Numbered from the stretch's first letter, positions 36,073 to 50,605 are shown. The stretch: DNA of 64,000 bases from Lama guanicoe (GCA_013239625.1 MU053513.1:454370-518369), one strand, 5' to 3'. The notes: generated by a model not told the origin, from the sequence alone. Program-made: numbers and translations.

Positions 36073-39000
36073 AACTGCCCCCCAAATCCTGGGTCTGAGT
36101 GAACCCCTTCCCATAGGGAAGACAATTGATTATGGATAAAGGGACTTCTCAAAGTGACTAAACATGCTTTTCAGGTGACAGCCAGGCCACATCTTTCCTG
36201 TATATGAAACTGCGGTAGGACTAGATAATTTATTTATAAAGCAAATAAAGTAAATGGGGAGATGCTTTTCTCCAGGTTTATGAAATTAAATTATTTTGGG
36301 TCTACATTCCATTGCCAGTAGGAGAGAGAAACTAGATGAAACATACTATGAAAAGGACTTGACTTTCATTCATTCCATGTTCAAGGGGTCTGTCCCAGAG
36401 CTGGGGCACTGGAGGAGTTGAATGAATTTTTCTAAAATTAATTCAACCAAATTCAAAAATCCTTTTCCTCCTTGCCAGTGTTTTGATTCAGAAGAGTGCC
36501 TTTAAAAGTTGGAAGATGAAGAAGATGACAAGAGTAGATGACTGCCTTCTTCAAAATTCCCTGAGAAACAGCCTACCAAAAAAAATTTAAATATACCTAG
36601 AAAGAGATCATCATGACCAAGCATCTCAATAAACTCAAATCTGAGTCTTAAAATAGCACATTCTCTATAAAGAGATTCTGTTATATAGGCTTTTCTTGAC
36701 TATCTCGTTTTTCATTAGTGACTAGACTGGCGGAAGTGCCATTCAAAGTGTTTCAATCAAAATATCAAAATTTCTAAATGGTATCCATACTTTTAGAGAT
36801 GAAAAAGCAACAATGGTAGTATGTCAATATTAATTACAGTGTTTTCCAACTTAATGAAACCATGATCTTTACCAAAAATACTTTAATGTCCTAACATGTG
36901 AGAAAATTAGAAAATTAAGTGATGGGATTGGCTTCTATGCTGTAAAAAATATAATATTCTTAGGTTGCTCTAAAACAAAATTGGCTTAATAATATATATG
37001 TGATTCTTAAATACATATATAATTTTAATTGGTATACTTATTTGTCCAAAACATGTTATTTGTTAGAACCCTCAGCTTAAAATTTGAATAAAAATACATT
37101 TATTAAAAAGAAAAACTCTTGTTTCCCTAAGATGTGACATTTACATATTTAAAATTTACAATGATTTGAAGCATCAACATGTTCCACTGTAAAATCAAGA
37201 GTTGCACATATCCTTACTAAAATTCCGTTTGGGGGAACCTTACCAAAATGGACAGAAACTTATGTCTGTGTACACACCCAGACACACACACATCTTACTT
37301 CTGCCAAGAGACTGATAAAACATCTTGTTTTCAGTTCTGGGGTCCAGGTTTCACTCAGCTGTAAGGCTATGGCACCCCCTAGCCCAGCCTAGCAGAATAG
37401 CAGTCAGTTCTGGCACGAATTGACGTTTAAAGGGAGTTTAAAAAATGTACGAAAAACCCAGGAGCTTTTTACATGTATTCTCAATTAAAGGAGGTATTTT
37501 CTTTAATAGCAATTATTTTACTTTTTTCCTCAGAATTTCTGGTATATAATCTGCTCTGATTCTGAATTGTACCAACTGCTGCTGAAGTCCAGGAGGCTGA
37601 TCTATACTAAAGATCACATACAGCATAAACATACCAAACAGATTTCCGCTGGTCCTCTAAACACCACCCTCTTCCCGAATCATCAAAGAGTCAGACACTC
37701 GGAGTGCAAGTACGAAATACAGGACATGACTGTGATGGTTATTGGCAGATCTGATGCTAATAGGGAACAGCTCTCCGGAGGAAAAAGAAGTACATTATTG
37801 AAAAATATATCTGAATATGACAGACATGGCCAACACTAAGATAAGATCTTTATCATTATTCTTCTATTCGTATATTGCACATTAAGGAAGGAGTTGAAAA
37901 CTAAAGGATTCTGATATGCTTGTAATAAATGTAAACTGTTTTGCTTGTCCTGTCTTTGGATCTTTGTGGTTTCCTTATTAAGCCACAGTGACTATTTCCA
38001 GCATATCATAATAGCAAGGCTTCCACAGCACTTGCCAGTAGGAATCCAGCAATATACACCATAAAGGCTTTGATGGGAAGGTAAATGGAACACCCGATTG
38101 CCAATGCAGCGCTGGAGCGGGTAGAAACTGTGGAGTTCACAGGGATTCTGATTGGTCTAATATTTTTTGCAGACTTCAGAAAAAGAACTGTTATAAAACT
38201 GGAAAGCAAACAAAAGGCAAGTGTTCTCACCTTACTTGGCCCATTTTAGACTCATTCCTCTCTCTGCTCCAGGAATACTTGAAAGTCATCCTTCTTTAAG
38301 CTGAGATATTGTAAATCTAGATACTGTAAATCAGTTGGTCAATGTACATCAAATTTAATTCAGTCTGACCGCCACTACTATTCAAAGACCAGCAAATTGA
38401 TTGTGTTACTAAAAGGTGATCACATTGATACTGCCATTTAATGAACTCCAGGCTTGTCGGTGGCTCCTTAATGCACACTATTTTAGATCACTTAGTCAAC
38501 TCCAGTCTAATTGAATTTATCATGTGAAACCTTGACTTGATGCTAATGGTCCCCAAATAGCAGAGTCTTTCCAGAGTAGTCCTGTCTAAGAAATGCCATA
38601 TATTGTTGTTTTCCTGCAACAAACACTTGTCTTTCTTGTCTTTTTGTCAGGGCCAGTTGTCAGTTATTGAGGTACAATTATAAGAAAACTTGCATTTAGA
38701 AAAAGATATTGTTGACCTCGGCAAATTGACTGGCAACATCAAAATTTGAAAGTGGGGCTCGGGCAGCCTTAATGGGATCTATGCAAATTCCCCACACACG
38801 GGGCCTGAAACTGTCATATGGCCGTTGTTATTTTAAGACACGCATCCTCTCCTCTTTCTGTTCTACCCCTTTTATTTTCACTAAGTGGCGGCAGCACGTT
38901 TGCAAGACTAGTCTGGCTTAAGAGAAATGGCAAGAGTGTTTGCAGGGCTCCGCTGTGAAGGATCACAGTGAGTGCCGGTTGGTTTCATAAGCAAGCGCCG

Positions 39001-39689
39001 GAAAAAATTGAAACTGATACAAGGAGACATTAAAACAGGAAAAGAGAGTATAGAAAAGACATGGTTCCTGTAGGTTTACAAAATCATGGCAGCATTGTAG
39101 AAATTAGAAACGAGCAGAGAATAGTAACTGATTATGCTTTCGCTTTTTTTTTTAACCAAAGAACCTAATTTAGTGTTGCATTGTCGTTCAAAAATAGCTC
39201 CGCATAATTCATAAGGTGCTGTACTTGAGGGGCACTGAAGTTCCTCATTATGATAATGCCTTTTGATAACTTTTATTGAACAAAAGCATTCCCATGATTA
39301 AATCTCTTAATAGGCAGCTTTCTTCAGTACTGGTTGCCATAATTCCAAAGCTATGCTAGTACACATTTCTGTACCAAAACAAGATGATACCTAACACAGC
39401 TAGCCAAAAATCTAATGGGAGAATAAATGTGTGGAGAAATCATCTAATTTGCAATAACATAGCCAATGAAAAATTGCCATCTATGCAAAATTCTGAATGA
39501 AGAAATAAGACATTCTCCATCAAGACTTATACTTACATAACCCAAACTAAATAGAAAATTAGGCATATCTTTTTCAAGCTACCCAATGCTTCTAATCCCC
39601 CTTTCTTTTACAGATGTGTGTCCTGTGAAGTCCAACCTCACAGGAAAAAATTAGCTAATTACAACTTTACCACCACCTCCCCCCTCCAT

Positions 39690-40106
39690 TGTTGGATGGG
39701 GTTTTATAGAATCCTGAATTCCCGGTAATTAAAAGTTACCCGCGAGCAGGAATGTTTGTACCTGTTCCGTTGTTGCTCAAATCCTACAGGGTGACAAGAG
39801 TGGCCCAAGTGGATGCTTTGTTTGCAGTAGGCTTGTTTCACAGCTGAGGAACCTGAATTTAGGAGACTCCAACCTTCTGTAAGGGACTGTAAACAAATCT
39901 GCCTAATCTTCGCCTGGTAGGGGGCATTATCATTATTATACCCGGCAGCTCACAAACCTGCTCTTTGCTCTCAGGGACACCTTATTTCTATCTTCTAAGG
40001 CTGTTTGTTATACAAACATCCATGAAAAGATAATCTGCAACAAAGAGAATCAGTGCCTCTGCTTGCACAAAAATGCAACAGACCCATGGGGCATTGTCTC
40101 CCCAAA
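39690..40106 (-). mobile_element. ERV1 solo LTR (MER89/MER90-like)
   Basis: ctttgctctcagggacacc...tctatcttctaaggctgtttgttatacaaacatcc...aaaagataatctg...cagtgcctctgcttgca...gacccatgggg..ttgtctcccc. Confidence 0.75.
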
Positions 40107-40505
40107 CTCTCCCACCTTTGAATTCCCATAGGATTCATTTTCTGTTCTGATTAACATGTGACCTTAAATTTCTTTATACTTTGATCAGTATATCCAGTGT
40201 CCCCAAATAGCAGTTCCCAGAAAAAAATTCATTCTCATACCCAGCATATACTCTTAATGCCTAATAAGTCATAACCTGATTTGTGCTCAAGGCATACATA
40301 AGAAATATTATTGATAAGATGTTGAGTGATTTATTTACTGATTGATGGTGGAAATGATGTTAAAATTGAAAGATGCTGTCAATTTTCCAGAGATTTTTGC
40401 CCTCACAATGCCAATCACCAGGATGTTTACAAATCCAAATAATTTTAGATTGGCATTGTGTGGAATACAGAACTGTACAACCTTCAGAGCTTCAGTTTTT
40501 AATTC

Positions 40506-40527
40506 TTGTTGTTGTTGTTGTTGTTTT
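40506..40527. repeat. (TTG)n microsatellite
   Basis: About 7 TTG units. Confidence 0.9.
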
Positions 40528-43404
40528 GATATGATGTAGAAAGAGTCTTTGTCCAAAAACTTGCCCTGGTGAAACATATGCACATTTAGTTAGAAGAATT
40601 TGGTGTAGAAAATGCCCTTGAGAAGAAAAGAAATGGAAATTTAAAACAAAGGGAAAAATGGAGTTACAATGAATTCTAAGCCAAAAATCATTTTCACTTT
40701 TTGGCAGCCAAGAGATAGAGAGCTTGATATGTGCTATGGAAAACAGAGGCTCGTTGCTTAAAGTACTTCACTGGTAAAACTGCCTGGAGTACATTTTGTC
40801 AGTACCCAGATGTAATTTTAAAGTTTCACTGTCTTTAAAATACTCTAGTAGAGACTACTATAATGTAAAAAGTCCCATTACAATTAAGATGTTTTTCAAA
40901 GTTCATTAGGTTTAAACAAATCATAGGATATAGAAAATAAAATGATAAGATTTCTCCTTAAACACAATGAATTGTATCGATTGAATATACAATATTTTGT
41001 ATAAATTGTATCAACTGAATATCAAGTGAAACATATTAAGAAAGGATACCTCTTTATTGACAGCTTTAAATGTATCTTCATATTTAAGATGAATATAAAA
41101 AGAATATCAACAGACTTTGCAAATATCATGGATCTTCTTTGGTGTAATAAAATAAATGAAAGCACTATTAAAGTCTGAGCCAAGAAAGGGTCAGTTCTTT
41201 TAGAGAAAAAAGGAATCATTTGAGGTGTAAATATCTGACAAATAGGCGCAGCAGCAAAGGGAATTTAAAAGGGGTTCTGGGAAGAAATGAACAGTTTCTA
41301 CTTGTTAAGGTAATTAACCTTTTTTCAAGATCATTAAAAAATGTTTTTCCTGCACACTACTCATTTTCTTTCAGGTTATAGAGGTCATTGTTTAGCAGAA
41401 CAGGAGGGGAAAAAAAAGAAAAAAAAAACTTGAGAGCTGGTATTCATCTACCTAATGCAAAAGGGCCACAAACAATATTAATAATCCGTGTTAAGTTCTT
41501 TCTTTCTGGCATACGTCTTCCTGTCCTGGAATTCTACTGCAGGCAGGCGAGCTGCAACTCTAAAAAGAGCATCCATTAAAGTATTAATTACAGTGACGCT
41601 CATCAATGCAAAATAGTTCTTTCAGTAGTTTGAATATGCCCCACTATCTCCACACTACTTCGTACAAGGAGTGGTGTTCTTTTTAGTTCTTTTTAGCACC
41701 CAATTTTGTATGAAACAATTTGTCCCAATTGTACTGCAGATGGATTTCCTTTTTGCGTCTGTGCCCCGTGGAGCTGACTGCTAAAGGATAGCTAGATTAA
41801 GGACAAAACCGCTGTTCTTCAAGTATTCTCACAAAATAGAAATGTTGAAAGGCTAAGGTGATGGAATAAATACCTATAATACCAGCTCTGGCAGAACACA
41901 GGTTATACTGACCTTCTTAATTTCGTAATTGCTTTAGCTTTTCATGTGTAGAAGTTTTATTTTTATGGGAAGTGAGTAATTTAAAATAACTGACTTTTGT
42001 AAAAGCCCTTGGGTAGAAGTAAAGCTCGAAGCACAACATCACATGGATGTAGAAATGATAATGACTAAATCCGATCATGTCAGCTTCCGGTAGGGCAATC
42101 CAGTCTACCTAGTTACCACACTGCTCCGTGTCTTTATCCAACCAGAAAACTAAGAAGATAAACCATTTGCAGTGTGATTTTTTCAAAAGTTCAACTATTC
42201 TGAAAATCAAACCAACAAATAATAAAGCTGGGAACATCATAGAGAACCATGAATCCGGTCTACACGTGAAAGCAAGATGATACAGGAGAAACTGGAGAAG
42301 AGCTGAAGGTAGATAAACCTGGGTTTGAGTGGATCTCATGCTGAAGCTTATCCAACTGCCTTGTTTAGCAGACATTTTATTTAGATGTACACAGAAAACT
42401 TTGAACGCCACCTCCTTGGTCTCAGCAAACACTGGCACACAGATGAGCTCTAGGGAGAACATGACACGTGAATAGAACCAGGACATGGGGCCTGAATGTG
42501 AGTGCTCTGTTGAGCATTAAAATACATTTGCATTTAGCTTATCTGTCTCTTTTCTTTCTGTCTCTTGATCTATCTGTCTACTGGTAGGTGAAAAATTCAC
42601 TTGTATTTCCATTTTAGATTCCTGAGAGAGAAACTGAGTGTCCTCAGTGATCTATTTCTCCTTGGTCTGCCATCTCCGGTCAGTGAAGTCACCAACCTAA
42701 GATCCCAGTGGAGTGAGCCTGGGGACGGAGGGCACCCTAGGGCTGTAGCAAACATGCCACCGTGAACCTGCTACTTACGGACTAATGGTGGGCGAGTATA
42801 ATGATTAACACCATAACTCAAAATTCCATCTTTGGAAGTGTTGTAAAGATCTGGCCTAACTTGACCGAACCAGCACAGCCCTCAGCAACGGGCAGTGTGT
42901 TATGACTTCATGCTTCAAGAGGTCATCGTAAATGTGTGTGATTTAAGGACTTCCCCAAGTGATATTTGTTTCCCCAACTTACGTGATCCCTCAGGTTACC
43001 CTTGTCCTTCTCACTTTTAGAAGGAACTCCTAGAACAGGTGGTCATTTTATGATGCCAGCTGCTGATTCCATTTCCCACTTTGTGTCCAGATTGGTATTT
43101 GTAAAGGACACGTGGACATTGTCTAGATAAAACCCCACTTTCTCAGCCTGTACCTTCATGTTGGTGCCTGTCGGCTTCAGCATCATCTTTGGCTATTCCC
43201 TTCCCTACCTACTTCCAACCCTACATTTCAGCGGCATCGTGAATTCCCCCCTCTTGCTGGATGTTGTAATTACTGAGGTCCAAACACCCCACCAAACACC
43301 AAGTATTTGATCACTAAAATTCAGTGAAACTCTGGCAGGAATTGTACCTGATTTTCATATTGTGTCCACACTATCATTATTAAGAACCAACTGTTTGTGA
43401 AATG

Positions 43405-43600
43405 CAACATAGACCTCTTCTAATCTAACTTTCCCAACAGCCTCATGGAAGACAAATTATCATTTTAATTTTGCAGCTAAGGAAACAGGCTCTAGCAGGT
43501 TTGAAAACTTGTCCAACTTAAAACAGCTAATAAGAGAACCAGACAGAATTCAATCCCAAGTATGTCTGACTTTAAAGTTTATTTATTGTCCCACAAGACC
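43405..43600 (-). mobile_element. MIR SINE
   Basis: ttttgcagctaaggaaacaggctctagcaggtttgaaaacttgtccaa...gaattcaatcccaagtatgtctgact. Confidence 0.8.
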
Positions 43601-44591
43601 CCCTCTAGTCTCCATATTAACGGAGAATCTAAGGGCCACTTGGAGTAGAAGAAACTAGGCTATTATTGATTTTTGCTGAATTATAAGGGAGTACCAAGTC
43701 TGGGGTTATACAGGGTTGGACGTGTTTGCCCCTCCCTTCTACCAGTGTTAGCTCTCAAGGATGGGACGTGAATATAAGCTCATAGCACTTGCCGCCTGTA
43801 CTGTACCTGCCCTTCCTTTAATGATGCAGTGTCCATTTTTAAATGATGGGGAGAACAGCTGTTTGCTTACAGCTATGGCGATGATGTGAAAAGAACCTGA
43901 GAATGGGGTAAAAGAGTCAGGGAAAGATACAAACATGGGTGAGAAAATACTTTGTGATTGCCCCCTAAAGAGGAAAGAATGGGATTCTTTATTTGTTTGC
44001 ACAAAGGTATCAAAATTCTAAGATATTCCATTTTTAGGTATTTCTAATCCTTCATTTTGTTTTACTAGTATGACTGCTTTTGAATACAAATAAGTAAGTG
44101 ATTTTTGTTGTTGTTTGTCTTTGCTATCAATTAGCTGTTTAAATAAAAAGAAAAGTAAGCATTTTTTATAAAATATAATTATTTTGCCTCACAGAGATTG
44201 GCAGTTAAAGAAAATTCAAGTATATTACATACAATGAAGAGGTTCAGAGCAAATACAATGTAATAGCATGTCACAAAATATCTTCATTATTAATTATCTG
44301 AAAGATATAGTACCAGGTTATAAAAAGATGAATTTATTTTTCAAATATAGATATAACATAAAATATATTTATAATGTAGTTTATAGTGCCACATTATAAA
44401 CTAATATGAAAATATAGATATTCAAGCATTTCACAAGTTTTGTAAGCCAGAAATTCCAGTTCATCTCTGCCAGGTGCTTGATACTTGGGTTGCCCATAAA
44501 TATTTGTAGAAAGCCTATCAGATTGCCTCACAAATATTTGTTAACTTACCTTTTCCTCCTGAAACCTAAGAGCTCTTATCAAGGACAAGGA

Positions 44592-45016
44592 TTCCTCGAC
44601 TAGGCCCTGACTTTGGGCTTCCATGTTCGTTTCTGTGTTGTCCAGTTTTAGCAAGAACCCTGCTAAGTCAGTTTAGCCATCCTCAATATCTGATTACTCC
44701 TGATCCCTGGTCATTGGGTCCTCATCCTCCATCATCCCCAGGTGATGTCTGATCACGCTCGCCTAACTTCAGCCGATTCAGCCAGAATCTCCCCTTACCC
44801 TGATGTTTCTTTTTAGTTATTTTCCATCCACTGCTCCTCACCTTACTCCTTGGTTATAAATTCTCGCTTTTCCTTGTTGTATTTGGAATTGAGACTAATC
44901 TCTCTTCCTATTGCAAAACCCCACTGCAACAGTCCCTACACTTACTGTGATGGTTCTGAATAAAGTCTGCCTTACTCTTCTTTAACAAATGTCATTGAAT
45001 ACATTTTTTCTTTACA
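44592..45016 (+). mobile_element. ERV1 solo LTR, MER31-like (5' end missing)
   Basis: ctcgactaggccctgac...ccagttttagcaagaaccctgctaagtcagtttagc...ccccaggtgatgtctgatcac...aataaagtctgccttac...tttttctttaca. Confidence 0.88.
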
Positions 45017-46589
45017 TCAGTATGCAAAGACTCTATATGGAAATCTCCTACCTTGTAGAGCTGTTTTGAATATTTCAAGGAGTCCACATCAGTAACATTG
45101 CCCAGCTTCAAAGTGGGCACCTAAGAAGCATTAGGTGCCTTCTGTGAAAGTAATATTTTCGAGATTGTAAAATCATGGTTCTAATCAAACATAGAATGAG
45201 CCCTTAGCAAATATTTTCTTTAGCACTCATTAATTAGTGAGGAAGCATGAAAGATGTTAAAACTGGTTCAAATGAAAATGTGTTATAGGGATTTTTTTTC
45301 ACGACTGGACAAAATTCATTTGCATTCCTATGGACAAGAAACATTAACATTGTTATCAGTTTTCTACAGCATAACTTCCATCTCTATACAGTTGTAAAAA
45401 GCACAGTTAATATAAAAGACAATCAAAAGTGCACAGCCTTATAGAATCACATAATCCTCAGAGGGTCCAGGGAACAACATTTACCATGTCACTGAAAGGA
45501 CACCCAGGAACCTCATTTGCCATTTCTAAGTCAATTTCTTGTTGATAACTGTTTGCCCATTTCCAAGATAATTTTTTTTCTGGCACTTTCTTCCCCATAA
45601 GGTTTATTCATTTTAGGATTAAGACTTTATTAATCTTTGTATCTTCAGTACTTAGATATGATTAGCAGTAAAAAAAATGATGGTTTAAATAATTGATCAA
45701 TAGCCACTCCCACTTATGCAGCACTTTGTTAGATGCAACCGAGCTCTCTCCTGACCTCTGTCATCCATTCAATTATCTTACATGGATCATTGAAAAGACC
45801 GTGGTGGTCACAACATGATTCTCAATTCAATGTAATAAAAATTTAATGAGCATCTACCACGTATTTCCTGAAAAGAGAGGAGAAGGCTAACTGCCGTGGC
45901 TTGATCTAGATCTCTTCAGTTTTCCTCCCTGAGGATACACTGGGCTTTTCTGTTTATCCTCTCAGAATAATGTATCCGTATTACCAGGGAAACACTTCTG
46001 GAGTTACAATTCTGCTCTGTACAGGGAGTGTTTAGTCTGAAAACCAAAGGACAATATAAAACCCGTAACTACCTCCTCCTGGTTTAGAGTGAATCCTCAC
46101 ACCTCTCAGCAAGCGCAGGAAGTGCTGTAGCTGACGCCAGGGAACAGCGCAAAGCCAAGAAGACCGAGGGCCATTGTGAGATCATCTGCGTTGAGAAGGA
46201 CCCCACCTGCTGTTCTGCTGTGTAGTTTCACAGCCGCTTCTCAAGCTCGAGCTCTTTACCAGATGACTGTCTTCTCCTGATAAGTCAACGCACTGTGTTG
46301 GAATTTTACCCTTATAGCTGGCTTCCAAGTGGTGGGGGTGCTGTCTCCCTAGCTCGCCTCTTCTTTGCTCCTCTGAGTGATACAATTTTTAGCAAGAGAA
46401 AGAAACCTGTATCATTTGATGCCCAGGACAGATTCAGGTGCTTTGAATAAATGACACCTCAAATTGGGTGCATCTCATAATAGAAAGTATAGCTCAGAGA
46501 AGCTAAATAATTTATATATGTAATTAATTATTAAATTAAAAAATGGCCAGGGTAGGATTTAAGCTCAGGGTCCAAGGTTTGTAGAGAAA

Positions 46590-46812
46590 CCATAAGACTA
46601 ACAGCCTAGACTTTGGAGTTAACCAAAAAAGAACCTCTGTTTGCATCAAGGTCAACCATTGTCTGTGACTTTGAGCAAGTTACTTAATTTTTCATAATCA
46701 CATGGATTTCTCCTAGAAATAGTATGTGCCTAATGATGTAGCTTTCAGGATTAAATAAGATACTGCCCGAAAGACAACTATTCGATAATATTTTAACTTT
46801 TTATATTATTCT
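46590..46812 (+). mobile_element. MIR SINE
   Basis: agactttggagtta...tgtgactttgagcaagttacttaat...aggattaaataagata. Confidence 0.75.
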
Positions 46813-47201
46813 TTAGTTAATGCTGTCTGCCGAAGCTTTTACTGCTAATCAATACCGAAAATCAAACAGATAATAACAAACATGAAGACGTTACAAAGGT
46901 TAAGACATTTTATAAAATTCTTAAAGTCTTTAGCCTTTATAATTGTAAGCAGAAACATATACAAGTGTCTGCTTTCAACAGTTTTTTAAGCAGGAGATGG
47001 AATTCACTAATAATTTCCACAGAAGTTCTGCACCCCAACCCTCTTCTCATTTCCTAATTTCCATCCTTCCATTAAGGGGCACTTAACTCCATATTTTAGG
47101 AAATCTCCTTACTAGCCCTGGACCACTTGTATGATCGCTTGACTCAACTGTGTATTTTCAGTTTTAAGGAAGTGACTTGTATCTCAGTGGTCCGTGGCTC
47201 C

Positions 47202-47296
47202 AAAGAAAGAAAGGCAAAAAGAAGAAAAAAAGAAAAAGAAAAGGAAGAAAGGAAGGAAAGAATGAAGGAAGGAAGGAAGGAAGAAAGAAGAAAAAG
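47202..47296. repeat. Polypurine (GAAA/GGAA) low-complexity tract
   Basis: Seen directly. Confidence 0.9.
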
Positions 47297-50164
47297 ATTT
47301 CTTATGTACACACTCTCACTTTAGAGTTTAAAAGATGTATATTTTAACACTTTTCCTTTGTGTACACTCAGAGAGACCCTGGTTTTCTGTGCTGTCCTTA
47401 ACCAAGCTGAAGAGAAAGAGCTCATCTATGTCTAAGTGAGCTTAGTACTCATGGTACCCTGCATCAAACGTGCATGTTTATAGGATAGGACCTATTTTCA
47501 GTTCTCAGCATCTCATTCCATAGAGTTCAGTCAAACCAAAACTTTCAAATTGCTTTGAGCAGTAAGCCACTGGCCCATGTATTTGTTTCAGTTTATCAAG
47601 GATTCAAGTTATGGCAGATATTCCTTTTCCACTGCTGAAAAATCCTTTTATCTCAGCAGTAATTTTTGACTGAGATTTATTGACCCTCATATCTTCCTTT
47701 TTAATAGGCAATTAGTAATTCCTTATTCAGACTTCGATTCTACTTGTCACAAACTTACGTGAAAAGAGAAAAATTGACCCAAGTATGGACGAGGACGGAA
47801 ACTTTGTTCAAATTGTAATTTCCAAATCTTTTTTTGGAAAAAATGATTATCCCTGACAAAAAGCTTAATTAATTTTCAAATGAATTTTAATGAGATTAAG
47901 ACCACTTCTGAGAACTCAACTGTCCAGCCCTTCAGTGGTCTCTTAATCTTGGGACGGGGGCCTAACAACCTTTAACCAGTCTTAAAGGCACTGTTTACTA
48001 ATTCTTAACTAGATTCTTTTTTTTTTTATATGTAGTACAACAAGGGTTATATAATCATCCCCCTTTCCTGTAGTATTTCCTAAAGAAAAGTAAATCTAAT
48101 CTCAAACTGACCCATTGATGGTCTTTCCCCTGTCGCTGGATTGTAATACAATTTTGACACATACACAAAAGTAAATTGTCTAAAACGATGTTCACCATGT
48201 CATTATTTAAAATTACTTTTTGTTTTGTGTTAATCTTTCCCACTGCCTGACTAGCTTTTAAATGCTTTGATGACAGAGGATACAAAATCTTTTTTTATTT
48301 TAAATCCTGGTACCTAGAACAATATATGGCAGTTAGTAGATGCTTTACAGTTTTGCCGACTAAATGAAGATCAAACAAAAAGTGTGAGAAAGGTTCAGAG
48401 AGATAGGGCATAAAGAAATATTAGGGAGGCTGAAGAAGGCAATGAAGTTGGCATCCCAATGAAAAAAACCAATATCTATAAATTTTATATATACAGACAT
48501 AAGTATATTCTAATTCTTTATTATGTCTGTTAAGACTTCAGAAGTCCCTTTCTTTACATTTCAGCTCTTGCATCCTCCAATGTCTTTAGCAAATTACCAA
48601 GTTTTCCCTCTTATGTCTCAGCCCCTACAGGTCCTGCCCGTTCCTTCTTTTTCTCTACATCTGCCCTTTATTATGTAGATCTCTTTATCGGGTTCTATCT
48701 AATTCAGAGCTCATAAAATCCCATACTAATGTTTCTTATTCTATCTCATAATATTCTCTGTTATGAATCTAATGGCTCCCCAAGAAGATCAAGTACTTCT
48801 CCAGACACGTTCATTTGCATTGTCGTGTGGAAAAATGTTTTGCATCCTGCTTATTAGTCAAAGTAATTTTCTGAGTTTAGGACAATCTGAGACAATACTC
48901 ACTGCTCATGTTTGACAAACTGCTATTTTTCAATTAGTTAATATATGTATAACTAAGAGACATAACCGTGGTCTTTGGTGGGCCCTAGGATTCCTGGCGG
49001 ACCTTTTCTTTTACATTCAACTGTTTTCACAAATGGAACCAAAAGCCTGCTCCCTCCACCTCTACAAGCCTGTATTCACTGAGATTCTCTCAAACCTTAT
49101 TTAATCTCATTGTATGTAAAATTGGTTCATATGTCTGAAACACATCTTGTACCGACCTTAAATATGTCGTAGCATATTAAAAATTAATTTTTAAGTTAAA
49201 AAAAAAAACAAAGCCAGAGCAACAGCAAACACTAAGATTTGCTTCTCCCAAGATAGGGTCTAATGCAGCTGCAACAGCAAGTTTGGATAAATGTTTTCTA
49301 AAAACATGGACTCCCGCAAAGTACAGAAAAGCTTCTCTAAGTGTGGGTGAGCTCTGTTCATTGACTAAAACAAATATTTTGCAGTACAGGGAGCAGTGAG
49401 CTACAGTCCTGAGCCACGAATAAGGGGAATTCCTAAGCTGCCTTCTAATAAACTCATCTCTGATGTCTTACACGCTACTTGGCACTTCGCTAATTTCTCC
49501 TTTGTATCAGAGTTCCACTGCAAACAGCCTCCTGCTTGTTCTTCTGCATCACGGGCTAGGAAGTCTAGCGGACTCCATGAGATGTCTCATACTCTCTGTG
49601 CTCGGCTCCCGTCACAAGCTACTGCGCTCAAAGAGTTCCTGCTGTCAGCAAAAAGCTTTATTTGAATTACATTATTAGATTTGATCAGGGGACTACATTT
49701 TGTCTGCCCCCAAACTGACACCTATTGGAAAGGTACAATTTATATATATAGAAAAACTAGCAAACTATACATTTTTGGCTATGCCTGGCAGTGTAAGTCT
49801 GGATCCTTGGAAATATGTCTACACAAGACCACGGGTCAAATATGTAAAGTTTTAGACAGTGAATTCTCAGTTTCCAGAAGTGTTGACTGCTAAACTGTGA
49901 CTTGTTAATGCCTTCTTTACTCTCTTACTTTAAAAATTTCCCCATATTAAACAAACATTTTTTTTCAACCTATATTTTCAGATACACATACCTAGAAGAA
50001 AATATCTGAGCTTCATATTAAGCTTGTACTATGAAAACATGTTTCTGGGTCACTTATCTTTCACTCCTGATACCATATCCAATGGCTCAGAATTCTAGAA
50101 AATATTGGTGGATTTTGGCTGTCTTTATGAATGCATAATATAATAGGCACACAAATCTTTTAAG

Positions 50165-50360
50165 AATCTAGGAATTTGAATTCAGAAAATTTGAATTTTG
50201 TCCTGGTTCCACCGTTAACAAGCTAACAGATCTTGGTGAAATCAGGTTGTCCGAGTCTGAATTTCCTCAGCTATTGTTAGATAGAGCAAATGAAGTATTA
50301 TATGAGAAAGTATTCTAGACATTATACTATACTGCAAAGTTTATTAACTGTTGCTGCATT
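50165..50360 (+). mobile_element. MIR SINE
   Basis: tttgaattcagaaaatttgaattttgtcctggttccacc...atcttggtgaaatca...tctgaatttcctcagct. Confidence 0.65.
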
Positions 50361-50605
50361 CAATAGATGAAGAAAGAAAGAAGGAGGAATTATCCATCTG
50401 ACTTTTGTATCTTCAGTGTTTTCCTATCACAGTAAGCACTCTCATCACGCATGTTTTTAAAGACATTTAAATGGTAGCACAAGAGCAAATGTGTGAAACC
50501 CTGAAGATTTTGCCATTCAAAGTGCCAGCTAGTTCATAGTCACACTCACAGCCCAGTCCCAGGGCCGAGCAAATGTTCTGCTCGTCATTTAAAAATATTT
50601 GACTT

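Noticed and set aside
40335..40583. Poly-Q / poly-C ORFs
   Set aside because: Products of the (TTG)n repeat.
47127..47324. K/E/R-rich ORF
   Set aside because: Polypurine repeat artefact.
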